Origin: Auanema rhodensis
Lineage: Eukaryota; Animalia; Nematoda
Assembly (NCBI GenBank): GCA_964057225.1
Contig: OZ059896.1
Coordinates: 12,090,001-12,154,000, forward strand
Length of the DNA: 64,000 bases
Direction: 5' to 3'
Below, in pieces: positions 28,801 through 43,800 of the stretch; the stretch's first letter is position 1; each line of letters starts with the position of its first letter. The notes beneath the pieces are model-generated. The model was not told the DNA's origin and made no database searches. It worked only from the letters and a program-made list of their open reading frames with translations. Position numbers and translations under genes: made by a program.

Positions 28801-31800
28801 TAAATTTTTAATCATTAAAAAACATTTAAATTTCAATATTGTGATGCTCAAAAACTAAAACAGTTGAATATTTTGTAATTTCTAAACCATTTTACTCCAT
28901 CGCTTTTATTTAATCCCATATTTTAAACAATTTTATATTTCTACCACGAATTCATAACTTCATTTTTTAAATTTTTAATCATTAAAAAACATTTAAATTT
29001 CAATATTGTGATGCTCAAAAACTGAAACAGTTGAATATTTTGTAATTTCTAAACCATTTTACTCCATCGCTTTTATTTAATTCCATATTTTAAACAATTT
29101 TATATTTCTACCGCTATTTCATAATTTCATTTTTTAAATTTTTAATCATTAAAAAACATTTAAATTTCAATATTGTGATGCTCAAAAACTTAAACATTTA
29201 AATATTTTGTATTTTCTAAACCATTTCACTCCATCTCTTTCATTTAATTCCATATTTTGAACAATTTTATATTTCTACCACGAATTCATAACTTCATTTT
29301 TTAAATTTTTATCATTAAAAAACATTTAAATTTCAATGTTGTGATGCTCAAAAACTGAAACAGTTGAATATTTTGTATTTTCTAAACCATTTCACTCCAT
29401 CTCTTTCATTTAATTCCATATTTTAAACAATTTTATATTTCTACCACGAATTCATAACTTCATTTTTTAAATTTTTGATCATTAAAAAACATTTAAATTT
29501 CAATATTGTGATGCTCAAAAACTGAAACAGTTGAATATTTTGTAATTTCTAAACCATTTTACTCCATCTCTTTCATTTAATTCCATATTTTAAACAATTT
29601 TATATTTCTACCTCGAATTCATAACTTCATTTTTTAAATTTTTGATCATTAAAAAACATTTAAATTTCAATATTGTGATGCTCAAAAACTGAAACAGTTG
29701 AATATTTTGTAATTTCTAAACCATTTTACTCCATCGCTTTTATTTAATCCCATATTTTAAACAATTTTATATTTCTACCGCTATTTCATAATTTCATTTT
29801 TTAAATTTTTAATCATTAAAAAACATTTAAATTTCAATATTGTGATGCTCAAAAACTGAAACAGTTGAATATTTTGTAATTTCTAAACCATTTTACTCCA
29901 TCGCTTTTATTTAATTCCATATTTTAAACAATTTTATATTTCTACCGCTATTTCATAATTTCATTTTTTAAATTTTTAATCATTAAAAAACATTTAAATT
30001 TCAATATTGTGATGCTCAAAAACTGAAACAGTTGAATATTTTGTAATTTCTAAACCATTTTACTCCATCGCTTTTATTTAATCCCATATTTTAAACAATT
30101 TTATATTTCTACCGCTATTTCATAATTTCATTTTTTAAATTTTTAATCATTAAAAAACATTTAAATTTCAATATTGTGATGCTCAAAAACTGAAACAGTT
30201 GAATATTTTGTAATTTCTAAACCATTTTACTCCATCTCTTTCATTTAATTCCATATTTTAAACAATTTTATATTTCTACCGCTATTTCATAAATTCATTT
30301 TTTAAATTTTTAATCATTAAAAAACATATAAATTTCAATATTGTGATGCTCAAAAACTGAAACATTTAAATATTTTGTAATTTCTAAACCATTTTACTCC
30401 ATCGCTTTTATTTAATTCCATATTTTAAACAATTTTATATTTCTACCGCTATTTCATAATTTCATTTTTTAAATTTTTAATCATTAAAAAACATTTAAAT
30501 TTCAATATTGTGATGCTCAAAAACTGAAACATTTAAATATTTTGTATTTTCTAAACCATTTCACTCCATCTCTTTCATTTAATTCCATATTTTAAACAAT
30601 TTTATATTTCTACCACGAATTCATAACTTCATTTTTTAAATTTTTGATCATTAAAAAACATTTAAATTTCAATGTTGTGATGCTCAAAAACTGAAACAGT
30701 TGAATATTTTGTAATTTCTAAACCATTTTACTCCATCTCTTTCATTTAATTCCATATTTTAAACAATTTTATATTTCTACCTCGAATTCATAACTTCATT
30801 TTTTAAATTTTTAATCATTAAAAAACATTTAAATTTCAATATTGTGATGCTCAAAAACTGAAACATTTAAATATTTTGTATTTTCTAAACCATTTCACTC
30901 CATCTCTTTCATTTAATTCCATATTTTAAACAATTTTATATTTCTACCACGAATTCATAACTTCATTTTTTAAATTTTTAATCATTAAAAAACATTTAAA
31001 TTTCAATATTGTGATGCTCAAAAACTGAAACAGTTGAATATTTTGTAATTTCTAAACCATTTTACTCCATCGCTTTTATTTAATCCCATATTTTAAACAA
31101 TTTTATATTTCTACCGCTATTTCATAATTTCATTTTTTAAATTTTTAATCATTAAAAAACATTTAAATTTCAATATTGTGATGCTCAAAAACTGAAACAG
31201 TTGAATATTTTGTAATTTCTAAACCATTTTACTCCATCGCTTTTATTTAATTCCATATTTTAAACAATTTTATATTTCTACCGCTATTTCATAATTTCAT
31301 TTTTTAAATTTTTAATCATTAAAAAACATTTAAATTTCAATATTGTGATGCTCAAAAACTGAAACATTTAAATATTTTGTATTTTCTAAACCATTTCACT
31401 CCATCTCTTTCATTTAATTCCATATTTTAAACAATTTTATATTTCTACCACGAATTCATTACTTCATTTTTTAAATTTTTGATCATTAAAAAACATTTAA
31501 ATTTCAATGTTGTGATGCTCAAAAACTGAAACAGTTGAATATTTTGTAATTTCTTAACCATTTTACTCCATCGCTTTTATTTAATCTCATATTTTAAACA
31601 ATTTTATATTTCTACCGCTATTTCATAATTTCATTTTTTAAATTTTTAATCATTAAAAAACATTTAAATTTCAATATTGTGATGCTCAAAAACTGAAACA
31701 GTTGAATATTTTGTATTTTCTAAACCATTTTACTTCATATCTTTCATTTAATTCCATATTTTAAACAATTTTATATTTCTACCACGAATTCATAACTTCA

Positions 31801-34800
31801 TTTTTTAAATTTTTAATCATTAAAAAACATTTAAATTTCAATATTGTGATGCTCAAAAACTGAAACAGTTGAATATTTTGTATTTTCTAAACCATTTTAC
31901 TCCATCTATTTTATTTAATCCCACATTTTAAACAATTTTATATTTCTACCGCTGTTTCATAAATTCATTTTTCAAATTTTTAATCATTAAAAAACATATA
32001 AATTTCAATATTGTGATGCTCAAAAACTGAAACAGTTGAATATTTTGTATTTTCTAAACCATTTTACTTCATATCTTTCATTTAACTCCATATTTTAAAC
32101 AATTTTATATTTCTACCACGAATTCATAACTTCATTTTTTAAATTTTTAATCATTAAAAAACATTTAAATTTCAATATTGTGATGCTCAAAAACTGAAAC
32201 AGTTGAATATTTTGTAATTTCTAAACCATTTTACTCCATCGCTTTTATTTAATCCCATATTTTAAACAATTTTATATTTCTACCGCTATTTCATAATTTC
32301 ATTTTTTAAATTTTTAATCATTAAAAAACATTTAAATTTCAATATTGTGATGCTCAAAAACTGAAACAGTTGAATATTTTGTAATTTCTAAACCATTTTA
32401 CTCCATCGCTTTTATTTAATTCCATATTTTAAACAATTTTATATTTCTACCGCTATTTCATAATTTCATTTTTTAAATTTTTAATCATTAAAAAACATTT
32501 AAATTTCAATATTGTGATGCTCAAAAACTGAAACATTTAAATATTTTGTATTTTCTAAACCATTTCACTCCATCTCTTTCATTTAATTCCATATTTTAAA
32601 CAATTTTATATTTCTACCACGAATTCATAACTTCATTTTTTAAATTTTTGATCATTAAAAAACATTTAAATTTCAATGTTGTGATGCTCAAAAACTGAAA
32701 CAGTTGAATATTTTGTAATTTCTTAACCATTTTACTCCATCGCTTTTATTTAATCTCATATTTTAAACAATTTTATATTTCTACCGCTATTTCATAATTT
32801 CATTTTTTAAATTTTTAATCATTAAAAAACATTTAAATTTCAATATTGTGATGCTCAAAAACTGAAACAGTTGAATATTTTGTATTTTCTAAACCATTTT
32901 ACTTCATATCTTTTATTTAATTCCATATTTTAAACAATTTTATATTTCTACCACGAATTCATAACTTCATTTTTTTAATTTTTAATCATTAAAAAACATT
33001 TAAATTTCAATATTGTGATGCTCAAAAACTGAAACAGTTGAATATTTTGTATTTTCTAAACCATTTTACTCCATCTATTTTATTTAATCCCACATTTTAA
33101 ACAATTTTATATTTCTACCGCTGTTTCATAAATTCATTTTTTAAATTTTTAATCATTAAAAAACATATAAATTTCAATATTGTGATGCTCAAAAACTGAA
33201 ACATTTAAATATTTTGTATTTTCTAAACCATTTCACTCCATCTCTTTCATTTAATTCCATATTTTAAACAATTTTATATTTCTACCACGAATTCATAACT
33301 TCATTTTTTAAATTTTTAATCATTAAAAAACATTTAAATTTCAATATTGTGATGCTCAAAAACTGAAACAGTTGAATATTTTGTAATTTCTAAACCATTT
33401 TACTCCATCTCTTTCATTTAATTCCATATTTTAAACAATTTTATATTTCTACCGCTGTTTCATAAATTCATTTTTTAAATTTTTAATCATTAAAAAACAT
33501 ATAAATTTCAATATTGTGATGCTCAAAAACTGAAACATTTAAATATTTTGTATTTTCTAAACCATTTTACTCCATCTATTTTATTTAATCCCATATTTTA
33601 AACAATTTTATATTTCTACCGCTATTTCATAATTTCATTTTTTAAATTTTTAATCATTAAAAAACATTTAAATTTCAATATTGTGATGCTCAAAAACTGA
33701 AACAGTTGAATATTTTGTAATTTCTAAACCATTTTACTCCATCGCTTTTATTTAATCCCATATTTTAAACAATTTTATATTTCTACCGCTATTTCATAAT
33801 TTCATTTTTTAAATTTTTAATCATTAAAAAACATTTAAATTTCAATATTGTGATGCTCAAAAACTGAAACAGTTGAATATTTTGTAATTTCTAAACCATT
33901 TTACTCCATCGCTTTTATTTAATTCCATATTTTAAACAATTTTATATTTCTACCGCTATTTCATAATTTCATTTTTTAAATTTTTAATCATTAAAAAACA
34001 TTTAAATTTCAATATTGTGATGCTCAAAAACTGAAACATTTAAATATTTTGTATTTTCTAAACCATTTCACTCCATCTCTTTCATTTAATTCCATATTTT
34101 AAACAATTTTATATTTCTACCACGAATTCATTACTTCATTTTTTAAATTTTTGATCATTAAAAAACATTTAAATTTCAATGTTGTGATGCTCAAAAACTG
34201 AAACAGTTGAATATTTTGTAATTTCTTAACCATTTTACTCCATCGCTTTTATTTAATCTCATATTTTAAACAATTTTATATTTCTACCGCTATTTCATAA
34301 TTTCATTTTTTAAATTTTTAATCATTAAAAAACATTTAAATTTCAATATTGTGATGCTCAAAAACTGAAACAGTTGAATATTTTGTATTTTCTAAACCAT
34401 TTTACTTCATATCTTTCATTTAATTCCATATTTTAAACAATTTTATATTTCTACCACGAATTCATAACTTCATTTTTTAAATTTTTAATCATTAAAAAAC
34501 ATTTAAATTTCAATATTGTGATGCTCAAAAACTGAAACAGTTGAATATTTTGTATTTTCTAAACCATTTTACTCCATCTATTTTATTTAATCCCACATTT
34601 TAAACAATTTTATATTTCTACCGCTGTTTCATAAATTCATTTTTCAAATTTTTAATCATTAAAAAACATATAAATTTCAATATTGTGATGCTCAAAAACT
34701 GAAACAGTTGAATATTTTGTATTTTCTAAACCATTTTACTTCATATCTTTCATTTAACTCCATATTTTAAACAATTTTATATTTCTACCACGAATTCATA

Positions 34801-37800
34801 ACTTCATTTTTTAAATTTTTAATCATTAAAAAACATTTAAATTTCAATATTGTGATGCTCAAAAACTGAAACAGTTGAATATTTTGTAATTTCTAAACCA
34901 TTTTACTCCATCGCTTTTATTTAATCCCATATTTTAAACAATTTTATATTTCTACCGCTATTTCATAATTTCATTTTTTAAATTTTTAATCATTAAAAAA
35001 CATTTAAATTTCAATATTGTGATGCTCAAAAACTGAAACAGTTGAATATTTTGTAATTTCTAAACCATTTTACTCCATCGCTTTTATTTAATTCCATATT
35101 TTAAACAATTTTATATTTCTACCGCTATTTCATAATTTCATTTTTTAAATTTTTAATCATTAAAAAACATTTAAATTTCAATATTGTGATGCTCAAAAAC
35201 TGAAACATTTAAATATTTTGTATTTTCTAAACCATTTCACTCCATCTATTTTATTTAATCCCACATTTTAAACAATTTTATATTTCTACCGCTGTTTCAT
35301 AAATTCATTTTTTAAATTTTTAAACATTAAAAAACATTTAAATTTCAATATTGTGATGCTCAAAAACTGAAACATTTAAATATTTTGTAATTTCTAAACC
35401 ATTTTACTCCATCGCTTTTATTTAATCCCATATTTTAAACAATTTTATATTTCTACCGCTATTTCATAATTTCATTTTTTAAATTTTTGATCATTAAAAA
35501 ACATTTAAATTTCAATGTTGTGATGCTCAAAAACTGAAACAGTTGAATATTTTGTAATTTCTTAACCATTTTACTCCATCGCTTTTATTTAATCTCATAT
35601 TTTAAACAATTTTATATTTCTACCGCTATTTCATAATTTCATTTTTTAAATTTTTAATCATTAAAAAACATTTAAATTTCAATATTGTGATGCTCAAAAA
35701 CTGAAACATTTAAATATTTTGTATTTTCTAAACCATTTCACTCCATCTCTTTTATTTAATTCCATATTTTAAACAATTTTATATTTCTACCACGAATTCA
35801 TAACTTCATTTTTTAAATTTTTAATCATTAAAAAACATTTAAATTTCAATATTGTGATGCTCAAAAACTGAAACAGTTGAATACTTTGTATTTTCTAAAC
35901 CATTTTACTCCATCTATTTTATTTAATCCCACATTTTAAACAATTTTATATTTCTACCGCTGTTTCATAAATTCATTTTTTAAATTTTTAATCATTAAAA
36001 AACATATAAATTTCAATATTGTGATGCTCAAAAACTGAAACATTTAAATATTTTGTATTTTCTAAACCATTTCACTCCATCTCTTTTATTTAATTCCATA
36101 TTTTAAACAATTTTATATTTCTACCACGAATTCATAACTTCATTTTTTAAATTTTTAATCATTAAAAAACATTTAAATTTCAATATTGTGATGCTCAAAA
36201 ACTGAAACAGTTGAATATTTTGTAATTTCTAAACCATTTTACTCCATCGCTTTTATTTAATCCCATATTTTAAACAATTTTATATTTCTACCGCTATTTC
36301 ATAATTTCATTTTTTAAATTTTTAATCATTAAAAAACATTTAAATTTCAATATTGTGATGCTCAAAAACTGAAACAGTTGAATATTTTGTAATTTCTAAA
36401 CCATTTTACTCCATCGCTTTTATTTAATTCCATATTTTAAACAATTTTATATTTCTACCGCTATTTCATAATTTCATTTTTTAAATTTTTAATCATTAAA
36501 AAACATTTAAATTTCAATATTGTGATGCTCAAAAACTGAAACAGTTGAATATTTTGTAATTTCTAAACCATTTTACTCCATCGCTTTTATTTAATCCCAT
36601 ATTTTAAACAATTTTATATTTCTACCGCTATTTCATAATTTCATTTTTTAAATTTTTAATCATTAAAAAACATTTAAATTTCAATATTGTGATGCTCAAA
36701 AACTGAAACAGTTGAATATTTTGTAATTTCTAAACCATTTTACTCCATCTCTTTCATTTAATTCCATATTTTAAACAATTTTATATTTCTACCGCTATTT
36801 CATAAATTCATTTTTTAAATTTTTAATCATTAAAAAACATATAAATTTCAATATTGTGATGCTCAAAAACTGAAACATTTAAATATTTTGTAATTTCTAA
36901 ACCATTTTACTCCATCGCTTTTATTTAATTCCATATTTTAAACAATTTTATATTTCTACCGCTATTTCATAATTTCATTTTTTAAATTTTTAATCATTAA
37001 AAAACATTTAAATTTCAATATTGTGATGCTCAAAAACTGAAACATTTAAATATTTTGTATTTTCTAAACCATTTCACTCCATCTCTTTCATTTAATTCCA
37101 TATTTTAAACAATTTTATATTTCTACCACGAATTCATAACTTCATTTTTTAAATTTTTGATCATTAAAAAACATTTAAATTTCAATGTTGTGATGCTCAA
37201 AAACTGAAACAGTTGAATATTTTGTAATTTCTAAACCATTTTACTCCATCTCTTTCATTTAATTCCATATTTTAAACAATTTTATATTTCTACCTCGAAT
37301 TCATAACTTCATTTTTTAAATTTTTAATCATTAAAAAACATTTAAATTTCAATATTGTGATGCTCAAAAACTGAAACATTTAAATATTTTGTATTTTCTA
37401 AACCATTTCACTCCATCTCTTTCATTTAATTCCATATTTTAAACAATTTTATATTTCTACCACGAATTCATAACTTCATTTTTTAAATTTTTGATCATTA
37501 AAAAACATTTAAATTTCAATATTGTGATGCTCAAAAACTGAAACAGTTGAATATTTTGTAATTTCTAAACCATTTTACTCCATCGCTTTTATTTAATCCC
37601 ATATTTTAAACAATTTTATATTTCTACCGCTATTTCATAATTTCATTTTTTAAATTTTTAATCATTAAAAAACATTTAAATTCCAATATTGTGATGCTCA
37701 AAAACTGAAACAGTTGAATATTTTGTAATTTCTAAACCATTTTACTCCATCGCTTTTATTTAATTCCATATTTTAAACAATTTTATATTTCTACCGCTAT

Positions 37801-40800
37801 TTCATAATTTCATTTTTTAAATTTTTAATCATTAAAAAACATTTAAATTTCAATATTGTGATGCTCAAAAACTGAAACATTTAAATATTTTGTATTTTCT
37901 AAACCATTTCACTCCATCTCTTTCATTTAATTCCATATTTTAAACAATTTTATATTTCTACCACGAATTCATTACTTCATTTTTTAAATTTTTGATCATT
38001 AAAAAACATTTAAATTTCAATGTTGTGATGCTCAAAAACTGAAACAGTTGAATATTTTGTAATTTCTTAACCATTTTACTCCATCGCTTTTATTTAATCT
38101 CATATTTTAAACAATTTTATATTTCTACCGCTATTTCATAATTTCATTTTTTAAATTTTTAATCATTAAAAAACATTTAAATTTCAATATTGTGATGCTC
38201 AAAAACTGAAACAGTTGAATATTTTGTATTTTCTAAACCATTTTACTTCATATCTTTCATTTAATTCCATATTTTAAACAATTTTATATTTCTACCACGA
38301 ATTCATAACTTCATTTTTTAAATTTTTAATCATTAAAAAACATTTAAATTTCAATATTGTGATGCTCAAAAACTGAAACAGTTGAATATTTTGTATTTTC
38401 TAAACCATTTTACTCCATCTATTTTATTTAATCCCACATTTTAAACAATTTTATATTTCTACCGCTGTTTCATAAATTCATTTTTCAAATTTTTAATCAT
38501 TAAAAAACATATAAATTTCAATATTGTGATGCTCAAAAACTGAAACAGTTGAATATTTTGTATTTTCTAAACCATTTTACTTCATATCTTTCATTTAACT
38601 CCATATTTTAAACAATTTTATATTTCTACCACGAATTCATAACTTCATTTTTTAAATTTTTAATCATTAAAAAACATTTAAATTTCAATATTGTGATGCT
38701 CAAAAACTGAAACAGTTGAATATTTTGTAATTTCTAAACCATTTTACTCCATCGCTTTTATTTAATCCCATATTTTAAACAATTTTATATTTCTACCGCT
38801 ATTTCATAATTTCATTTTTTAAATTTTTAATCATTAAAAACATTTAAATTTCAATATTGTGATGCTCAAAAACTGAAACAGTTGAATATTTTGTAATTTC
38901 TAAACCATTTTACTCCATCGCTTTTATTTAATTCCATATTTTAAACAATTTTATATTTCTACCGCTATTTCATAATTTCATTTTTTAAATTTTTAATCAT
39001 TAAAAAACATTTAAATTTCAATATTGTGATGCTCAAAAACTGAAACATTTAAATATTTTGTATTTTCTAAACCATTTCACTCCATCTCTTTCATTTAATT
39101 CCATATTTTAAACAATTTTATATTTCTACCACGAATTCATAACTTCATTTTTTAAATTTTTGATCATTAAAAAACATTTAAATTTCAATGTTGTGATGCT
39201 CAAAAACTGAAACAGTTGAATATTTTGTAATTTCTTAACCATTTTACTCCATCGCTTTTATTTAATCTCATATTTTAAACAATTTTATATTTCTACCGCT
39301 ATTTCATAATTTCATTTTTTAAATTTTTAATCATTAAAAAACATTTAAATTTCAATATTGTGATGCTCAAAAACTGAAACAGTTGAATATTTTGTATTTT
39401 CTAAACCATTTTACTTCATATCTTTTATTTAATTCCATATTTTAAACAATTTTATATTTCTACCACGAATTCATAACTTCATTTTTTAAATTTTTAATCA
39501 TTAAAAAACATTTAAATTTCAATATTGTGATGCTCAAAAACTGAAACAGTTGAATATTTTGTATTTTCTAAACCATTTTACTCCATCTATTTTATTTAAT
39601 CCCACATTTTAAACAATTTTATATTTCTACCGCTGTTTCATAAATTCATTTTTTAAATTTTTAATCATTAAAAAACATATAAATTTCAATATTGTGATGC
39701 TCAAAAACTGAAACATTTAAATATTTTGTATTTTCTAAACCATTTCACTCCATCTCTTTCATTTAATTCCATATTTTAAACAATTTTATATTTCTACCAC
39801 GAATTCATAACTTCATTTTTTAAATTTTTAATCATTAAAAAACATTTAAATTTCAATATTGTGATGCTCAAAAACTGAAACAGTTGAATATTTTGTAATT
39901 TCTAAACCATTTTACTCCATCTCTTTCATTTAATTCCATATTTTAAACAATTTTATATTTCTACCGCTGTTTCATAAATTCATTTTTTAAATTTTTAATC
40001 ATTAAAAAACATATAAATTTCAATATTGTGATGCTCAAAAACTGAAACATTTAAATATTTTGTATTTTCTAAACCATTTTACTCCATCTATTTTATTTAA
40101 TCCCATATTTTAAACAATTTTATATTTCTAACGCTATTTCATAATTTCATTTTTTAAATTTTTAATCATTAAAAAACATTTAAACTTCAATATTGTGATG
40201 CTCAAAAACTGAAACAGTTGAATATTTTGTAATTTCTAAACCATTTTACTCCATCGCTTTTATTTAATCCCATATTTTAAACAATTTTATATTTCTACCG
40301 CTATTTCATAATTTCATTTTTTAAATTTTTAATCATTAAAAAACATTTAAATTTCAATATTGTGATGCTCAAAAACTGAAACAGTTGAATATTTTGTAAT
40401 TTCTAAACCATTTTACTCCATCGCTTTTATTTAATTCCATATTTTAAACAATTTTATATTTCTACCGCTATTTCATAATTTCATTTTTTAAATTTTTAAT
40501 CATTAAAAAACATTTAAATTTCAATATTGTGATGCTCAAAAACTGAAACATTTAAATATTTTGTATTTTCTAAACCATTTCACTCCATCTCTTTCATTTA
40601 ATTCCATATTTTAAACAATTTTATATTTCTACCACGAATTCATTACTTCATTTTTTAAATTTTTGATCATTAAAAAACATTTAAATTTCAATGTTGTGAT
40701 GCTCAAAAACTGAAACAGTTGAATATTTTGTAATTTCTTAACCATTTTACTCCATCGCTTTTATTTAATCTCATATTTTAAACAATTTTATATTTCTACC

Positions 40801-43800
40801 GCTATTTCATAATTTCATTTTTTAAATTTTTAATCATTAAAAAACATTTAAATTTCAATATTGTGATGCTCAAAAACTGAAACAGTTGAATATTTTGTAT
40901 TTTCTAAACCATTTTACTTCATATCTTTCATTTAATTCCATATTTTAAACAATTTTATATTTCTACCACGAATTCATAACTTCATTTTTTAAATTTTTAA
41001 TCATTAAAAAACATTTAAATTTCAATATTGTGATGCTCAAAAACTGAAACAGTTGAATATTTTGTATTTTCTAAACCATTTTACTCCATCTATTTTATTT
41101 AATCCCACATTTTAAACAATTTTATATTTCTACCGCTGTTTCATAAATTCATTTTTCAAATTTTTAATCATTAAAAAACATATAAATTTCAATATTGTGA
41201 TGCTCAAAAACTGAAACAGTTGAATATTTTGTATTTTCTAAACCATTTTACTTCATATCTTTCATTTAACTCCATATTTTAAACAATTTTATATTTCTAC
41301 CACGAATTCATAACTTCATTTTTTAAATTTTTAATCATTAAAAAACATTTAAATTTCAATATTGTGATGCTCAAAAACTGAAACAGTTGAATATTTTGTA
41401 ATTTCTAAACCATTTTACTCCATCGCTTTTATTTAATCCCATATTTTAAACAATTTTATATTTCTACCGCTATTTCATAATTTCATTTTTTAAATTTTTA
41501 ATCATTAAAAAACATTTAAATTTCAATATTGTGATGCTCAAAAACTGAAACAGTTGAATATTTTGTATTTTCTAAACCATTTTACTCCATCGCTTTTATT
41601 TAATTCCATATTTTAAACAATTTTATATTTCTACCGCTATTTCATAATTTCATTTTTTAAATTTTTAATCATTAAAAAACATTTAAATTTCAATATTGTG
41701 ATGCTCAAAAACTGAAACATTTAAATATTTTGTATTTTCTAAACCATTTCACTCCATCTCTTTCATTTAATTCCATATTTTAAACAATTTTATATTTCTA
41801 CCACGAATTCATAACTTCATTTTTTAAATTTTTGATCATTCAAAAACATTTAAATTTCAATGTTGTGATGCTCAAAAACTGAAACAGTTGAATATTTTGT
41901 AATTTCTTAACCATTTTACTCCATCGCTTTTATTTAATCTCATATTTTAAACAATTTTATATTTCTACCGCTGTTTCATAAATTCATTTTTTAAATTTTT
42001 AATCATTAAAAAACATATAAATTTCAATATTGTGATGCTCAAAAACTGAAACATTTAAATATTTTGTATTTTCTAAACCATTTCACTCCATCTCTTTTAT
42101 TTAATTCCATATTTTAAACAATTTTATATTTCTACCACGAATTCATAACTTCATTTTTTAAATTTTTAATCATTAAAAAACATTTAAATTTCAATATTGT
42201 GATGCTCAAAAACTGAAACAGTTGAATATTTTGTAATTTCTAAACCATTTTACTCCATCGCTTTTATTTAATCCCATATTTTAAACAATTTTATATTTCT
42301 ACCGCTATTTCATAATTTCATTTTTTAAATTTTTAATCATTAAAAAACATTTAAATTTCAATATTGTGATGCTCAAAAACTGAAACATTTAAATATTTTG
42401 TATTTTCTAAACCATTTCACTCCATCTCTTTCATTTAATTCCATATTTTAAACAATTTTATATTTCTACCACGAATTCATAACTTCATTTTTTAAATTTT
42501 TGATCATTCAAAAACATTTAAATTTCAATGTTGTGATGCTCAAAAACTGAAACAGTTGAAAATTTTTTATTTTTTTAACCATTTTACTCCATCGCTTTTA
42601 TTTAATCTCATATTTTAAACAATTTTATATTTCTACCGCTATTTCATAATTTCATTTTTTAAATTTTTAATCATTAAAAAACATTTAAATTTCAATATTG
42701 TGATGCTCAAAAACTGAAACAGTTGAATATTTTGTATTTTCTAAACCATTTTACTTCATATCTTTTATTTAATTCCATATTTTAAACAATTTTATATTTC
42801 TACCACGAATTCATAACTTCATTTTTTAAATTTTTAATCATTAAAAAACATTTAAATTTCAATATTGTGATGCTCAAAAACTGAAACAGTTGAATACTTT
42901 GTATTTTCTAAACCATTTTACTCCATCTATTTTATTTAATCCCACATTTTAAACAATTTTATATTTCTACCGCTGTTTCATAAATTCATTTTTTAAATTT
43001 TTAATCATTAAAAAACATATAAATTTCAATATTGTGATGCTCAAAAACTGAAACATTTAAATATTTTGTATTTTCTAAACCATTTCACTCCATCTCTTTC
43101 ATTTAATTCCATATTTTAAACAATTTTATATTTCTACCACGAATTCATAACTTCATTTTTTAAATTTTTAATCATTAAAAAACATTTAAATTTCAATATT
43201 GTGATGCTCAAAAACTGAAACAGTTGAATATTTTGTAATTTCTAAACCATTTTACTCCATCTCTTTCATTTAATTCCATATTTTAAACAATTTTATATTT
43301 CTACCGCTGTTTCATAAATTCATTTTTTAAATTTTTAATCATTAAAAAACATATAAATTTCAATATTGTGATGCTCAAAAACTGAAACATTTAAATATTT
43401 TGTATTTTCTAAACCATTTCACTCCATCTCTTTCATTTAATTCCATATTTTAAACAATTTTATATTGCTACCACGAATTCATAACTTCATTTTTTAAATT
43501 TTTGATCATTAAAAAACATTTAAATTTCAATATTGTGATGCTCAAAAACTGAAACAGTTAAATATTTTGTATTTTCTAAACCATTTCACTCCATCTCTTT
43601 CATTTAATTCCATATTATAAACAATTTTATATTTCTACCGCGAATTCATAACTTCATTTTTTAAATTTTTGATCATTAAAAAACATTTAAATTTCAATAT
43701 TGTGATGCTCAAAAACTGAAACAGTTAAATATTTTGTATTTTCTAAACCATTTCACTCCATCTCTTTCATTTAATTCCATATTTTAAACAATTTTATATT

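Noticed and set aside
42541-42580. Degenerate monomer (AATTTTTTATTTTTTTAACC) and isolated 1-bp indels near 29310, 35322 and 38840
   Set aside because: These are singletons in homopolymer runs, likely consensus errors or private mutations.
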